The notes under the pieces were generated by a model, which was given only the letters and a program-made list of their open reading frames with translations, searched no databases and was not told the DNA's origin. Both the position numbers and the translations under genes were made by a program. Source: Thermoanaerobaculia bacterium (GTDB taxonomy: Bacteria > Acidobacteriota > Thermoanaerobaculia > Multivoradales > Multivoraceae). From it: a DNA stretch of 64,000 bases. The stretch is from the NCBI GenBank assembly GCA_963664405.1, contig OY761158.1:3744001-3808000 (forward strand). Direction: 5' to 3'. Of the stretch, positions 10,767 through 19,726 are shown one piece after another; within the stretch, counting starts at the first letter, position 1, and each line of letters begins with the position of its first letter.

Positions 10767-11130
10767 GGCGTTGTTGCACGGTTCGACCGGAGTGAGTCGG
10801 GGCCGCTTTCCCAATCCCTCGCTCAGGACACTACGGCGTAGGACTGCGGCCTGCCGAACTCGGCCATGCGGTTGAGGATGTGACACCCGATCATGGCTTC
10901 TCGCGTCTGCGCCTTGCTGTGCCTCGCCTTCAGGCCGCCTCCGAGCAGCGACTTGTATCGGAAGAACCCGTTCTCCACGCGCGCCTGCCGTCGATAGCCC
11001 GACTCCTTCTGCCTCTCTCTTCGTCCGATGTTGTGGATCCTCTGAAGAGCCGCTTCTCGCTGCGCCCACGGGCCGGCTGTCGGACCGGTGGACACCGCCG
11101 AGCGGCGAGGTGGGATCACGATCTTGAGGT
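10767..11130 (-). mobile_element. IS5-family (IS903 group) remnant: transposase C-terminus and one end
   Basis: VIPPRRSAV...SGYRRQARVENGFFRYKSLLGGGLKAR...ILNRM. The end GGCGTTGTTGCACGGTTC at 10767-10784 resembles the IS903 IR. Confidence 0.8.
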
Positions 11131-11200
11131 CCTCTGTACCGGCCGCCCCGACCCGCCGGTCAGCGGACGAGTTTTGAGGAGCCACAGGTAGCCCGTCGTT

Positions 11201-12763
11201 TCAGGTCCTTCGCGAAAGGCCAGATCTGGAAGCCGAATGACCGACAGCGACGAGGAACATCACGCTTTTCCCCTGCGCGTGCGGAGAGAAGAATCCGACG
11301 ACCTCCTCATCGAGGAAGGTGAGGCCGGTAGCGCCGAAGCGTTGGGAATACGCCGCCAGATACATCCGTCCTCCTCGGATACCGCCCTCGAGCTGAGCAG
11401 CGCGATAGCCACGATTGCCCCACGTCTTCAAGACCCGGTTCAGATCGGTGAGGCAGTAGATATTTGCCGCGGCGTCCGCGGGCAGCTCTTGAAACAATCC
11501 GAGTCTTCCCGCCACGTTGCGAAAGTCGCCTTCCCGCAGTAGCTCCAGCGAGCTGGCCTCGTGTTGGTAGTAGTAGGCACCCGGCGGCAAACGCTCTACG
11601 GCATGCACGATCAGGTAGAAATCGATGAGCGGCTCATTCCCGCACGCTAGGAAGTCGGCGGCAAGCTCGCCGCCGGCCCTATCGAGAAGGGTGGCAAGCT
11701 GCTCAAGCGAGATCGAGGCCTCTCGTTCGAAGGCCCGCGTCGAGCCACGGCGTTGGATCACGGCCTCGATCGACTCGGACGGAACCTCCTGGTTCGCCAG
11801 GGGCTTGAGCGAGAACACGCGCCTTTCTACTGTTGGCGGTCTGGGATCCCGGGCCGTCTGGCGCCAAGCCGCGGCCTCGGCACCCGACTCGAGCGAGGAT
11901 GCCGCATGCATCTGACGAATAGCAGGGTAATCGACTTCGGTTGGCGAGAGCGGAGCCGTTTCGAAGTGAATCTCGGGAACGTCGCGAACCGAAGGCGCGT
12001 CGGCTTCGCTCCATCCTAGGGGCACAAACGTGAGGGCTCCCTCCCTCTTCGGGTCGAGCCCCAGCAGATGTTCCACCGGGCGGTCTGCGAAGCCCATCAC
12101 AGCTCGTGGTGCGAGACCCTCTGCCCCTGCTACAGCCAGAAGGTTCGCGTGGAGGGTACCGGCGTCCCAGAAACAGTGGCGGTAGGCTCTGGCTTGATAC
12201 TTCCAGGAATTGCGCCAATAGGTAGACACGGACACCAGGATCGCCGGTGCATGTGCAAGCGCCGGCTCCTGACCACCGGCATCGATGAGAATGGCGCGGT
12301 GATCGCCCTCTCTCAGCCGCCGCAGGGCGAAGTCATGCGGTCCGAAATGGTAGACGCCGGCGGGCAGGTCGGGAAGATCTCCGCAGACGAGATAGAGATC
12401 GATGTGATAGAGGGCACCGGTGTTGGGGTGGGCCCGGAAGGAAATCACGCCACCGGGGTAGGGCTTCTGCTTGGTAATGCCAGCCGAGAAGTAGAGAACT
12501 CGGGAAAGCGCGCAAAGATCAGGAATCTTCTCCGGACTGTTTTCCCGGATCGACCCTTCGGGGTTGGAGATCGCTTCGAGCGCGGGTACCTCGAGCGTTG
12601 AGCGTTCCCGCACGAGGGGAATAGGCTGGAGGGTGGTATAGATCTTGAGCGGCCGCGGCTGGTTTTCGAAGTCCAGGTAGTGAGGGTTCTTCCGAAGCCG
12701 TTGCTCACTATGCTGAGTCGCCTCGTGATACGAGCGCGCGGCCTCGATGTCTCGGTTGCGCAT
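11201..12763 (-). CDS. SagB/ThcOx-family nitroreductase-fold FMN oxidoreductase (tandem domains)
   Basis: FRAHPNTGALY, SWKYQARAYR...DAG, RRGSTR, GNRGYRAAQLEGG, GATGLTF.D. Confidence 0.88.
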   Translation of the reverse strand: MRNRDIEAARSYHEATQHSEQRLRKNPHYLDFENQPRPLKIYTTLQPIPLVRERSTLEVPALEAISNPEGSIRENSPEKIPDLCALSRVLYFSAGITKQKPYPGGVISFRAHPNTGALYHIDLYLVCGDLPDLPAGVYHFGPHDFALRRLREGDHRAILIDAGGQEPALAHAPAILVSVSTYWRNSWKYQARAYRHCFWDAGTLHANLLAVAGAEGLAPRAVMGFADRPVEHLLGLDPKREGALTFVPLGWSEADAPSVRDVPEIHFETAPLSPTEVDYPAIRQMHAASSLESGAEAAAWRQTARDPRPPTVERRVFSLKPLANQEVPSESIEAVIQRRGSTRAFEREASISLEQLATLLDRAGGELAADFLACGNEPLIDFYLIVHAVERLPPGAYYYQHEASSLELLREGDFRNVAGRLGLFQELPADAAANIYCLTDLNRVLKTWGNRGYRAAQLEGGIRGGRMYLAAYSQRFGATGLTFLDEEVVGFFSPHAQGKSVMFLVAVGHSASRSGLSRRT

Positions 12764-12825
12764 CGGAGGAGTGCTCAGGGGCCCGCGGCATTTCTCGAGT
12801 TGGGCTGGAGCGAAGTTCCCCGGTT

Positions 12826-13137
12826 CTAGGGGATCTCAACTTGGATGTCGTCTCCGTCCACTCTCACCTCGTAGCATGCCACCTCCTGTGGCGCGGGAGG
12901 GCTGAGGTTTTTCCCGGTGCACACGTCAAAACTCGCTCCGTGCCAAGGACAGGTGACGGTTGTCCCTTCGAGTGAGCCTTCGGACAGGGGACCCCCCCTG
13001 TGCGTACATGTGTCGCCGATGGCGTAGAGAACCCCATCCACGTTGAAAAGCGCGATCGTTTGCTCCCCCACCTCAACAGCCTTGCCCTGTCCAGGGGCAA
13101 GGTCGTTCGCTTCTGCTACCTTGTAAAAAGTTCCCAT
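12826..13137 (-). CDS. Rieske [2Fe-2S] ferredoxin
   Basis: CTHRGGPL and CPWHG motifs. Confidence 0.93.
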   Translation of the reverse strand: MGTFYKVAEANDLAPGQGKAVEVGEQTIALFNVDGVLYAIGDTCTHRGGPLSEGSLEGTTVTCPWHGASFDVCTGKNLSPPAPQEVACYEVRVDGDDIQVEIP

Positions 13138-13276
13138 AGAAAACCTCCCTGAGAGCGAGTGGTAACCTACACTATCGATGGTGTTTCTAGCCTGGTCGGC
13201 TCCGGAAGACCCCGATCGCCTTGACCCCGTGTTCTAGGTCCTGGAGGGGATTCCCGTTGAGAGCCATTCCGATGGC

Positions 13277-13528
13277 TCATGGAGCTTCGATGTCGAAGGC
13301 TACGTAGTTCTTGGCGATCCAGGACTGCCACTTTTCGGGAACGTCCTCCTCGGTGACGATGGCTTCCACTGGGCAGGCATCGATGCAGAGTCCGCAGTCG
13401 ATGCACTCTTCCGGGTGGATGAGCAGCGTATCCCACTCGTCCTTGTCGTAGATGCAATCCACCGGGCAGACCTCGACACAGGCCGTATCTTTGACGCCGA
13501 CGCAGGGCTCCATAATGATGTGAGTCAA
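13277..13528 (-). CDS. 7Fe/2x[4Fe-4S] ferredoxin (FdxA type)
   Basis: EPCVGVKDTACVEVCPVDCI and CIDCGLCIDACP; TTG start with an AGGAGA RBS. Confidence 0.93.
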   Translation of the reverse strand: MTHIIMEPCVGVKDTACVEVCPVDCIYDKDEWDTLLIHPEECIDCGLCIDACPVEAIVTEEDVPEKWQSWIAKNYVAFDIEAP

Positions 13529-13599
13529 ATCGAATCTCCTTTATCCTTTCTCACTGCCTAAAAGAAGGGCTGAAACACCTCTCCCTCCTCTCGCAGGTC

Positions 13600-14286
13600 T
13601 CAGTGGCTCTTGGACGAGGACGATGTGTTCGAGCGCCGTACGGCTGGCGAAAACGTCACCGCGTACGTACAGGTCGCGTCGCCGTCCGGCATGAAGGCCT
13701 TCCGCTCCAAGCGGGCACCTAGAAGATCACTCAGCAACGCACTCTCTGCCTGGCAGGGGAGCTTGCAAACATCAACTAGGCCACAGAGCGGACAGTGGTA
13801 TATGCGGAGTCGGGGGGGGCCTGTTTGACCGCCCGCTACGTCAGCCAGGAATCCTTGATCCGTGAGAATCTCGGCGACCGCCTCCAACCTGTCGCTGGGG
13901 TCAAGGTCGCGAACTTGTGCCTGCAGGTCTTCGCGCTGACTCGCACCCCACGCCTCGAAGAACTCCACCAAGAGACCCTGGTGGCCGTTCCCGATCAAAT
14001 AGGAGACGAGCTCTCTAAGCAGCTTTCGCTCCCGTTGAGGAAAGAGCTCTTCGCCCAGAGCGCTCAGCCCGTATTGAACTTCGGGTCGGCCGGCACCGCT
14101 TCGCCTCACGCCCCTCCGCACGACTAGACCGAGGCCCTTCAGGGTCTTTAGATGGTCGCGCATCGTCTCCCGAGCGAGAACAATCTCTTCCCCAAGCTCG
14201 GATAGAGTGGCTTTCCCCTTGAGCTTAAGGCTCTCCAGAAGCAGCCGCTGGCTTTCTCCCAGTCCTGGGCCAAAGAACGAGCTCAT
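13600..14286 (-). CDS. SufR-like wHTH transcriptional regulator with C-terminal Cys cluster
   Basis: HTH with RDHL..L...GLV and GAGRP..Y; C-terminal HCPLC..VCKLPC..E...GDATC. Confidence 0.8.
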   Translation of the reverse strand: MSSFFGPGLGESQRLLLESLKLKGKATLSELGEEIVLARETMRDHLKTLKGLGLVVRRGVRRSGAGRPEVQYGLSALGEELFPQRERKLLRELVSYLIGNGHQGLLVEFFEAWGASQREDLQAQVRDLDPSDRLEAVAEILTDQGFLADVAGGQTGPPRLRIYHCPLCGLVDVCKLPCQAESALLSDLLGARLERKAFMPDGDATCTYAVTFSPAVRRSNTSSSSKSH

Positions 14287-14293
14287 ACCGCCT

Positions 14294-14322
14294 AGCCTAG
14301 GTAGGCGAAGTGACGATGTCAA
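14294..14322 (-). promoter_or_regulatory. Sigma70-type promoter, leaderless geometry
   Basis: Minus strand TTGACA-17nt-TAGGCT-7nt-ATG. Confidence 0.6.
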
Positions 14323-14456
14323 GATAAAAGTGGATGAAAGCACTAAAATCGCTAAAATTCTGTTATTCTAGCCGGGCTGCGATGCCACCAGCCAGGCAGG
14401 ACTAAAAGGCCACCACCTTGACACTAGAGCAGCACGTCTCGAAAAAGAGCAGTGGC

Positions 14457-14813
14457 ATGACCAATTTGACCCAGGAAAAGTGCGTTGCCTGCCGGCGGGA
14501 TGCTCCTAAGGTCAGTGAGTCGGAAGCCTCGCAGCTCAAACCCCAGATTCCGGAATGGGTGCTCGTTTCGCCGGATGGGGTTCCGCGTCTCGAGCGCGAG
14601 TTTCGCTTTGCGGACTTCTCTCAGGCACTCGCCTTTACGGTGAAAGTCGGTGAGCTCGCCGAGGGCGAGGGCCACCACCCGGCGCTCCTAACCGAATGGG
14701 GTCGAGTCACCGTGAGCTGGTGGACACACAAGATCCTTGGATTGCACCGCAATGACTTCATCATGGCCTCGAAGACAGACCTCCTCTTCGAGGGTCTTCG
14801 GCCCGCTGAGTAG
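14457..14813 (+). CDS. phhB: Pterin-4-alpha-carbinolamine dehydratase
   Basis: [25 protein letters not shown]; N-terminal CVAC. Confidence 0.9.
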   Translation: MTNLTQEKCVACRRDAPKVSESEASQLKPQIPEWVLVSPDGVPRLEREFRFADFSQALAFTVKVGELAEGEGHHPALLTEWGRVTVSWWTHKILGLHRNDFIMASKTDLLFEGLRPAE

Positions 14814-14909
14814 CGAAAAAGGGTGGGGCTTCATCGGACGGGGAACAACGAAGCATGAATGGAGATGCATTGACGGCCCAGGGACAACGCGCCCTGGACT
14901 GGAAGTGAT

Positions 14910-15413
14910 ATGCCGAACGAACCGGCTTTCCTGACCAGCCGACTTCAGGAGGCCATTGGCTGGGCTCGGAAGTTCTCGATCTTCCAATACCCGTTCGTGA
15001 CTGCGTGCTGCGGGATGGAGTACATGGCAACGGCCTGCTCTCACTACGACGTTGACCGCTTTGGAGCCGGCCTCCCCAGATTCTCGCCGCGCCAGGCCGA
15101 CGTGCTCTTCGTGGTGGGTACGATCAGTCACAAGCTGGCGCCGGTCTTGGTACGCATCCATGAGCAGATGGCCGACCCCAAGTGGGTAGTCGCCTTCGGC
15201 GTCTGCACGTGTACGGGCGGTTTCTATGACAACTACGCGACGGTGATGGGCATCGACACGATCATGCCGGTGGACGTCTACATACCGGGATGCCCACCGC
15301 GGCCGGAGATGGTGCTCGACGGCCTGATGAAGCTCCAGGACAAGATCCAAGACCAGCACGCGACCGGCAAGAGGCCCGCAGCTGAGAGCCGCCCAGAAAT
15401 CCTCGAGGCATGA
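14910..15413 (+). CDS. nuoB: NADH-quinone oxidoreductase subunit B (isolated copy)
   Basis: TACCGMEY, RFSPRQAD, EQMADPKWV, VDVYIPGCPPRPE. Confidence 0.93.
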   Translation: MPNEPAFLTSRLQEAIGWARKFSIFQYPFVTACCGMEYMATACSHYDVDRFGAGLPRFSPRQADVLFVVGTISHKLAPVLVRIHEQMADPKWVVAFGVCTCTGGFYDNYATVMGIDTIMPVDVYIPGCPPRPEMVLDGLMKLQDKIQDQHATGKRPAAESRPEILEA

Positions 15414-15607
15414 ACAACTCCTCGTTGATCGACACCGTCAGCAAGCGTTTTCCCGATGCCGTGACGGCTTCCCACACCTACCGGGGCGACGCCACCGTGG
15501 TTCTCCAGCCGGAGTCCCTGCTCGAGGTTGCGCGGTTCCTCGAGGGAGACCCGTGCCTCGGCATGCGGCCTGCGCCAGAGCTTGTGGAGACGAGGTCTGC
15601 CTTATGA
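15410..15607 (+). pseudogene. nuoC: NuoC N-terminal fragment
   Basis: FPDAVTASHTYRGDATVV....LLEVARFL..DP, then unrelated sequence and a stop. Confidence 0.7.
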
Positions 15608-15619
15608 GGAGAGATTTGC

Positions 15620-16831
15620 ATGGCATCGCTTAACGTTTTGTCGCAACCGAGTACGAAGCCCAAACGTCCCACCGGGCGACTGTCGGCGATCGATAACCTC
15701 GTCGCGGTGGCCAGCGGAAAAGGGGGTGTTGGAAAGTCGACCGTTGCGGTCAATCTGGCCTTGGCCATGCGCGAATTGAGTTTGCGCGTCGGTATTGTGG
15801 ATGCCGACATTTTGGGGCCCAGTGTGCCCACGATGCTCGGCCTACCGGCAGGACAACCGCCGTCGTCTGGCGATGGCCAAACCTTGATTCCTCCCGAGGC
15901 TCATGGCGTAAAGGCCATCTCGATGGGGATGTTCACCGGCCACGACCAGCCAGCCATTTTGCGGGGCCCTATGGTCTCCAAGTACATTCAGCTCTTCTTC
16001 GAAGGTGTTACATGGGGCGAACTGGATTGTCTGCTCATCGATCTCCCGCCCGGTACGGGAGATACTCAGCTCACTCTCGCGCAGCAGATCCCCCTGTCGG
16101 GCGCCATTATCGTCACGACACCGCAAGACGTCAGTCTCAACATCGCTCGCCGCGGGTTGCGGATGTTTCAGACAGTCAATGTTCCCATCCTTGGAATCGT
16201 TGAGAACATGAGCGGCTTCGTCTGTCCTCACTGCGACAAGACAACGGATGTGTTTCGGTCCGGTGGTGGGCTTAGAATGGGGCACGAACTGGGTGTGCCT
16301 TTCTTGGGCGCGGTTCCCCTGGATGCCGAGATTGTTCTCAGCGGGGATCAGGGCGTCCCGATCGTCGTTTCAAAGCCCAAGTCTCGGGCGTACGACGCAT
16401 ACATCGATATAGCAACCACTCTCATTACCCAGCTCGGGGCCAATCCAAAGCCGGCGCTTCGGCCCTTCGTGTGGAACTGGTCGACTGGCCAAGACGCGCC
16501 GAAGTGGTTGAAGGAAGCGGCCCAGAAAGGCGGCGATCCGAACACCCCCATCGGGTTGCGGAGAAAAGACGCCAAGACACTGGAGATTCTCTGGAGCGAC
16601 GGAGCCCTCCACGAGTACAACGCTCGCAATCTGCGGCTGGCCTGTCCGTGCGCCCAGTGCGTCGAGGAGATGACTGGACGCAAGGTTCTCGATCCCGAAA
16701 CGGTGAAGGAAGACATCGAACCCCGCGTCATTTCGAGCGTAGGGCGCTACGCCATCACGATTCAGTGGACCGACGGTCACAGCACCGGTATTTACCATTT
16801 CGAACGGCTGCGCGAAAAGGTGGGCCCATGA
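15620..16831 (+). CDS. Mrp/NBP35 (ApbC) Fe-S carrier ATPase fused to C-terminal DUF971
   Basis: SGKGGVGKS, DLPPGTGD, ENMS..CPHC; C-terminal LRLACPCAQC...GRYAI..W.DGH.TGIY. Confidence 0.9.
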   Translation: MASLNVLSQPSTKPKRPTGRLSAIDNLVAVASGKGGVGKSTVAVNLALAMRELSLRVGIVDADILGPSVPTMLGLPAGQPPSSGDGQTLIPPEAHGVKAISMGMFTGHDQPAILRGPMVSKYIQLFFEGVTWGELDCLLIDLPPGTGDTQLTLAQQIPLSGAIIVTTPQDVSLNIARRGLRMFQTVNVPILGIVENMSGFVCPHCDKTTDVFRSGGGLRMGHELGVPFLGAVPLDAEIVLSGDQGVPIVVSKPKSRAYDAYIDIATTLITQLGANPKPALRPFVWNWSTGQDAPKWLKEAAQKGGDPNTPIGLRRKDAKTLEILWSDGALHEYNARNLRLACPCAQCVEEMTGRKVLDPETVKEDIEPRVISSVGRYAITIQWTDGHSTGIYHFERLREKVGP

Positions 16832-17245
16832 CGACCGCCACGCTGCACAGCGACCCGTTCACCATGCCAAGACTCGTCCTCTTTGCTCATGACCGCGGAG
16901 ACTTACCGGGTGTCAAGGAACACCATCTCTGACGACCTTAGTGAACAGCTACTTTGATGACCTGTGCCTCCTCAAAAACCGTCCGCGTTGGGATCATTGG
17001 ACTTAGCGCATTGGCGCAGTCCTACCAGCTGCTGATGTCGAAGTTGGCCAGGCGCGTTCGCGATGAGGCCTCCCCAGGGGACACAAGACTCTACCCGGGA
17101 GGTAGCGCTTCTCTCGAACCGCGACGGGGGACGAGTTTAGGACCCAGCTAGCCGCGGGGACCATTTCAGCCGTAAATCGTTGAATCCACGGGCGGACGTA
17201 TTCTGAGGAGTGACAACTTTGGGCTTAAGTGTAATGGGTTGAGGC

Positions 17246-17322
17246 TGGTGCGCCCGACAGGATTCGAACCTGTGACCTACGGCTCCGGAGGCCGTCACTC
17301 TATCCAGCTGAGCTACGGGCGC
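17246..17322 (-). tRNA. tRNA-Arg(CCG)
   Basis: Cloverleaf GCGCCCG...anticodon loop CTCCGGA...GTTCGAATCC...CCA. Confidence 0.96.
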
Positions 17323-17337
17323 ATTCAAAGATGAAAT

Positions 17338-17414
17338 TGGGGTGAGCGAAGGGATTTGAACCCTCGACCACCGGAACCACAATCCGGCGCTCTACCGACT
17401 GAGCTACGCTCACC
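17338..17414 (-). tRNA. tRNA-His(GTG)
   Basis: Anticodon loop TTGTGGT, extra 5' G, encoded CCA. Confidence 0.96.
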
Positions 17415-17427
17415 AAACGCTGACTTC

Positions 17428-17504
17428 TGGCCTGCCTGGAGGGATTCGAACCCCCGACCCGCGGCTTAGAAGGCCGCCGCTCTATCCAACTGAGCTACAG
17501 GCAG
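17428..17504 (-). tRNA. tRNA-Arg(TCT)
   Basis: Anticodon loop CTTCTAA, encoded CCA. Confidence 0.96.
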
Positions 17505-17582
17505 CTCAAGCAGTGGACTCTAACATCGAAGAGTCCCCAAGAAGTAGGACATCGCGCCGGAGAAGTAGGCTCCGGGCAAATA

Positions 17583-17656
17583 TCGGGGCGCCCAGATTTG
17601 AACTGAGGACCCCCTGCGCCCAAGGCAGGTGCGCTACCAGACTGCGCCACGCCCCG
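17583..17656 (-). tRNA. tRNA-Pro(TGG)
   Basis: CGGGGCG acceptor stem, loop CTTGGGC; CCA not encoded. Confidence 0.95.
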
Positions 17657-17674
17657 AAAAGAGCCAGAAGCGGC

Positions 17675-17704
17675 AGTGTAAGGTACGTTCCCGACGGCTG
17701 TCAA
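17675..17704 (-). promoter_or_regulatory. Promoter of the tRNA operon
   Basis: Minus strand TTGACA-18nt-TACACT upstream of tRNA-Pro. Confidence 0.6.
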
Positions 17705-17714
17705 TCATGCGCAA

Positions 17715-18776
17715 GTGATGGAGGATCGAGCAGTCAACTCGAGCGCGATGCCGCGTTTGAGCCGCTCCCTGTTGACCCCAGGACCTCTGGCGCCGCTGTC
17801 TCATTTCGGCGGCACTCTGCTTCGCCATGTGGTCGCTACCGGCCTGCGTTACTCCTTTTACCAGTTGGGGTTAGCGATTCCCGAAGCGGCGCCGGTGCGC
17901 TTTGTGCGACTGCGACTCTTTCTCGACGCCGAGCCACTCCATGAGCTCGTTCATGGCCAGCCCGGCGGGGAAGAAGTGCTCGGCGCTGTACTCTCGCCCG
18001 GAGGCGTCGGCGAGGAGGAGGACGGTGCCGGAAGGCTGAAGGCCGCGTTGGGCTTTCATCGTCTACGTCAACGACTTCTGGGCGCCAGGGGCCGATCTCG
18101 ACAACGACGCCTGCCTGGCCCCGGATCTGGACGGGCTCCGGGCCCGGAGTCCCGCGCGGAGCTGTGGGGTCTCGTTCGCGAAGAGCTCGATCTGCGTCTG
18201 CCCTACCTCTGCGACATCATCCTTGCGGAAGTGATGGAGAGCCAGCGTCGTCGTCGGCTGCGCCGTCGCGGTCGGGAGCTCCCACGCGTCCTCGGACCGC
18301 AGGCCCGGCGCTTGATCCAGGGCGGCACGGCCAAGCTATCGAGCCTCGGGCCCCCCGACCCTCTTGCTCCGTCATGGGCTGAAAATGGGCTAGACCCCGG
18401 CGAAATGAAGAGCGGTCTGGCGGAAGGTCAGCAGACCGTCGCCGGCGGTCGACGAGGGGCCTTCCGGGAGGAGTACCGGCAGCTCCTCTCCGAGCTGCGG
18501 CCGATTCTTCTCGACCTCGGCCGACTCTGCGTCGAGGATGGGCTCCTCGATCTGGCCGACGGTGTTTTCTTCATCCCCTTCGACCTTGGCGATGCGCTGA
18601 CCTCGACCACAGCCGCGGCCTGGCTCGGCCCTGCGATCGCCGCCAATCGTCGCGAGCGAGAGGCTCTACTTCCAGAGCCTGAGCATCGCGACGAGCTTCG
18701 TGTCTCCGCCGCCCTTGCGGATCTCGACGACTTGTCCTCCCAGTGGCAGATCGCACCTCTTCTGCCGCTCAACTAG
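17715..18776 (+). CDS. Hypothetical protein, weak resemblance to the central helical region of PEP-utilising/rifampin phosphotransferase-like enzymes
   Basis: LLDLGRLCVEDGLLDLADGVFFI motif; no ATP-grasp or phospho-His domain visible; start uncertain. Confidence 0.6.
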   Translation: MMEDRAVNSSAMPRLSRSLLTPGPLAPLSHFGGTLLRHVVATGLRYSFYQLGLAIPEAAPVRFVRLRLFLDAEPLHELVHGQPGGEEVLGAVLSPGGVGEEEDGAGRLKAALGFHRLRQRLLGARGRSRQRRLPGPGSGRAPGPESRAELWGLVREELDLRLPYLCDIILAEVMESQRRRRLRRRGRELPRVLGPQARRLIQGGTAKLSSLGPPDPLAPSWAENGLDPGEMKSGLAEGQQTVAGGRRGAFREEYRQLLSELRPILLDLGRLCVEDGLLDLADGVFFIPFDLGDALTSTTAAAWLGPAIAANRREREALLPEPEHRDELRVSAALADLDDLSSQWQIAPLLPLN

Positions 18777-18939
18777 TACATGCGGCCATAAGTACGGGTA
18801 CGTTTCGAGCGACGAAGCGCCTCGCCAGCAAGGCGCGTGACTGAGGCGTACCTGGCAGTACGCCGCAGGGAGCGCAACGCTGCTGGAGAGGATGCAGCGT
18901 CGCTCCAAACGTGTCCGTATTTATGGCCGCGTGTACTAG
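18773..18939. repeat. About 167-bp palindromic element (MITE/RPE-like) bounded by CTAG
   Basis: About 58-bp imperfect terminal IRs (CTAGTACATGCGGCCATAAGTACGG... / ...CCGTATTTATGGCCGCGTGTACTAG) and a central hairpin GGCGTAC-ctggca-GTACGCC. Confidence 0.85.
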
Positions 18940-19326
18940 TCCTTAAACAAGCGCTTCGCGCTTGTAGTGTTGATGGCTGCGAGAAAGCGCATCCCGTTGG
19001 CTGCGAGCGCAGTTTCCGGGATGGAGTGAGCTGAGGGCTTCGCGACCGCGGGAAAGCTAGGCCTTCTTCAGGAAGGGCGGCATCATCCCGCCGGAACGGC
19101 GGTCCGGGTGCGTGGTCCCGGCGGCGTGTTTGCGGTCGGAAGAGATGCGTGAGTCGGTGTAGGGCTTTGCAGTGCGGGCTCTGCTCTGATAGAGCAGGCC
19201 GACCAGAGACGGCGAGAGCCCGGGAAAGCGAAGTAGAAAACGCCCCGGGCTCTGCCCCAAACCGCAGCATTAGCTGCGCTTGCAGTATGGCAGAGAGTCG
19301 GGGTCGTCGTCGAATGGGAGGCGACG

Positions 19327-19722
19327 ATGCGACCGGACTACCGACTCTTCGACTGTGCTCGATGCCGTCGGCGTATCTCGCTGTGCTCGCACTGTGACCG
19401 TGGCCAGCGTTACTGCCGGGCTTGTGCTCTGGTGGCTCGTCGGGAATCGACTCGGGCGGCCGGCCATCGGTACCAGCGAAGCCTCCGAGGTCGGCATTGT
19501 CATGCCGCCCGTCAGGCCCGCTACCGTCGGCGCCAGCGCGAGCGGGCAGAGAAAGTGACGCATCAGGGTACCCCAGGCGGTACTTCGGGGAGGACACTGT
19601 GTCGGATCGAGACTCCGAGGCGCGAAGTGCGCTACGACCCGAGGAATCCGCGATGCATGCAGTGTGGAGAGGCCTGCCGAGAGTTTGTGCGAACGAGCTT
19701 TCGTCGTTGCCGACGGAGATAG
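19327..19722 (+). CDS. IS21-borne Cys/Arg-rich putative zinc-finger protein
   Basis: CARC...CSHCDRGQRYCRAC; C-terminal CMQC..C; GGAGG RBS; stop 4 nt before istA. Confidence 0.75.
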   Translation: MRPDYRLFDCARCRRRISLCSHCDRGQRYCRACALVARRESTRAAGHRYQRSLRGRHCHAARQARYRRRQRERAEKVTHQGTPGGTSGRTLCRIETPRREVRYDPRNPRCMQCGEACREFVRTSFRRCRRR

Positions 19723-19726
19723 GGGC

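Noticed and set aside
11201-12763. RiPP (azole) biosynthetic cluster
   Set aside because: No YcaO, E1-like protein or precursor peptide nearby.
17160-17270. att site at tRNA-Arg(CCG) for the 8-17 kb region
   Set aside because: No integrase and no duplicated tRNA 3' end found, so it cannot be supported.
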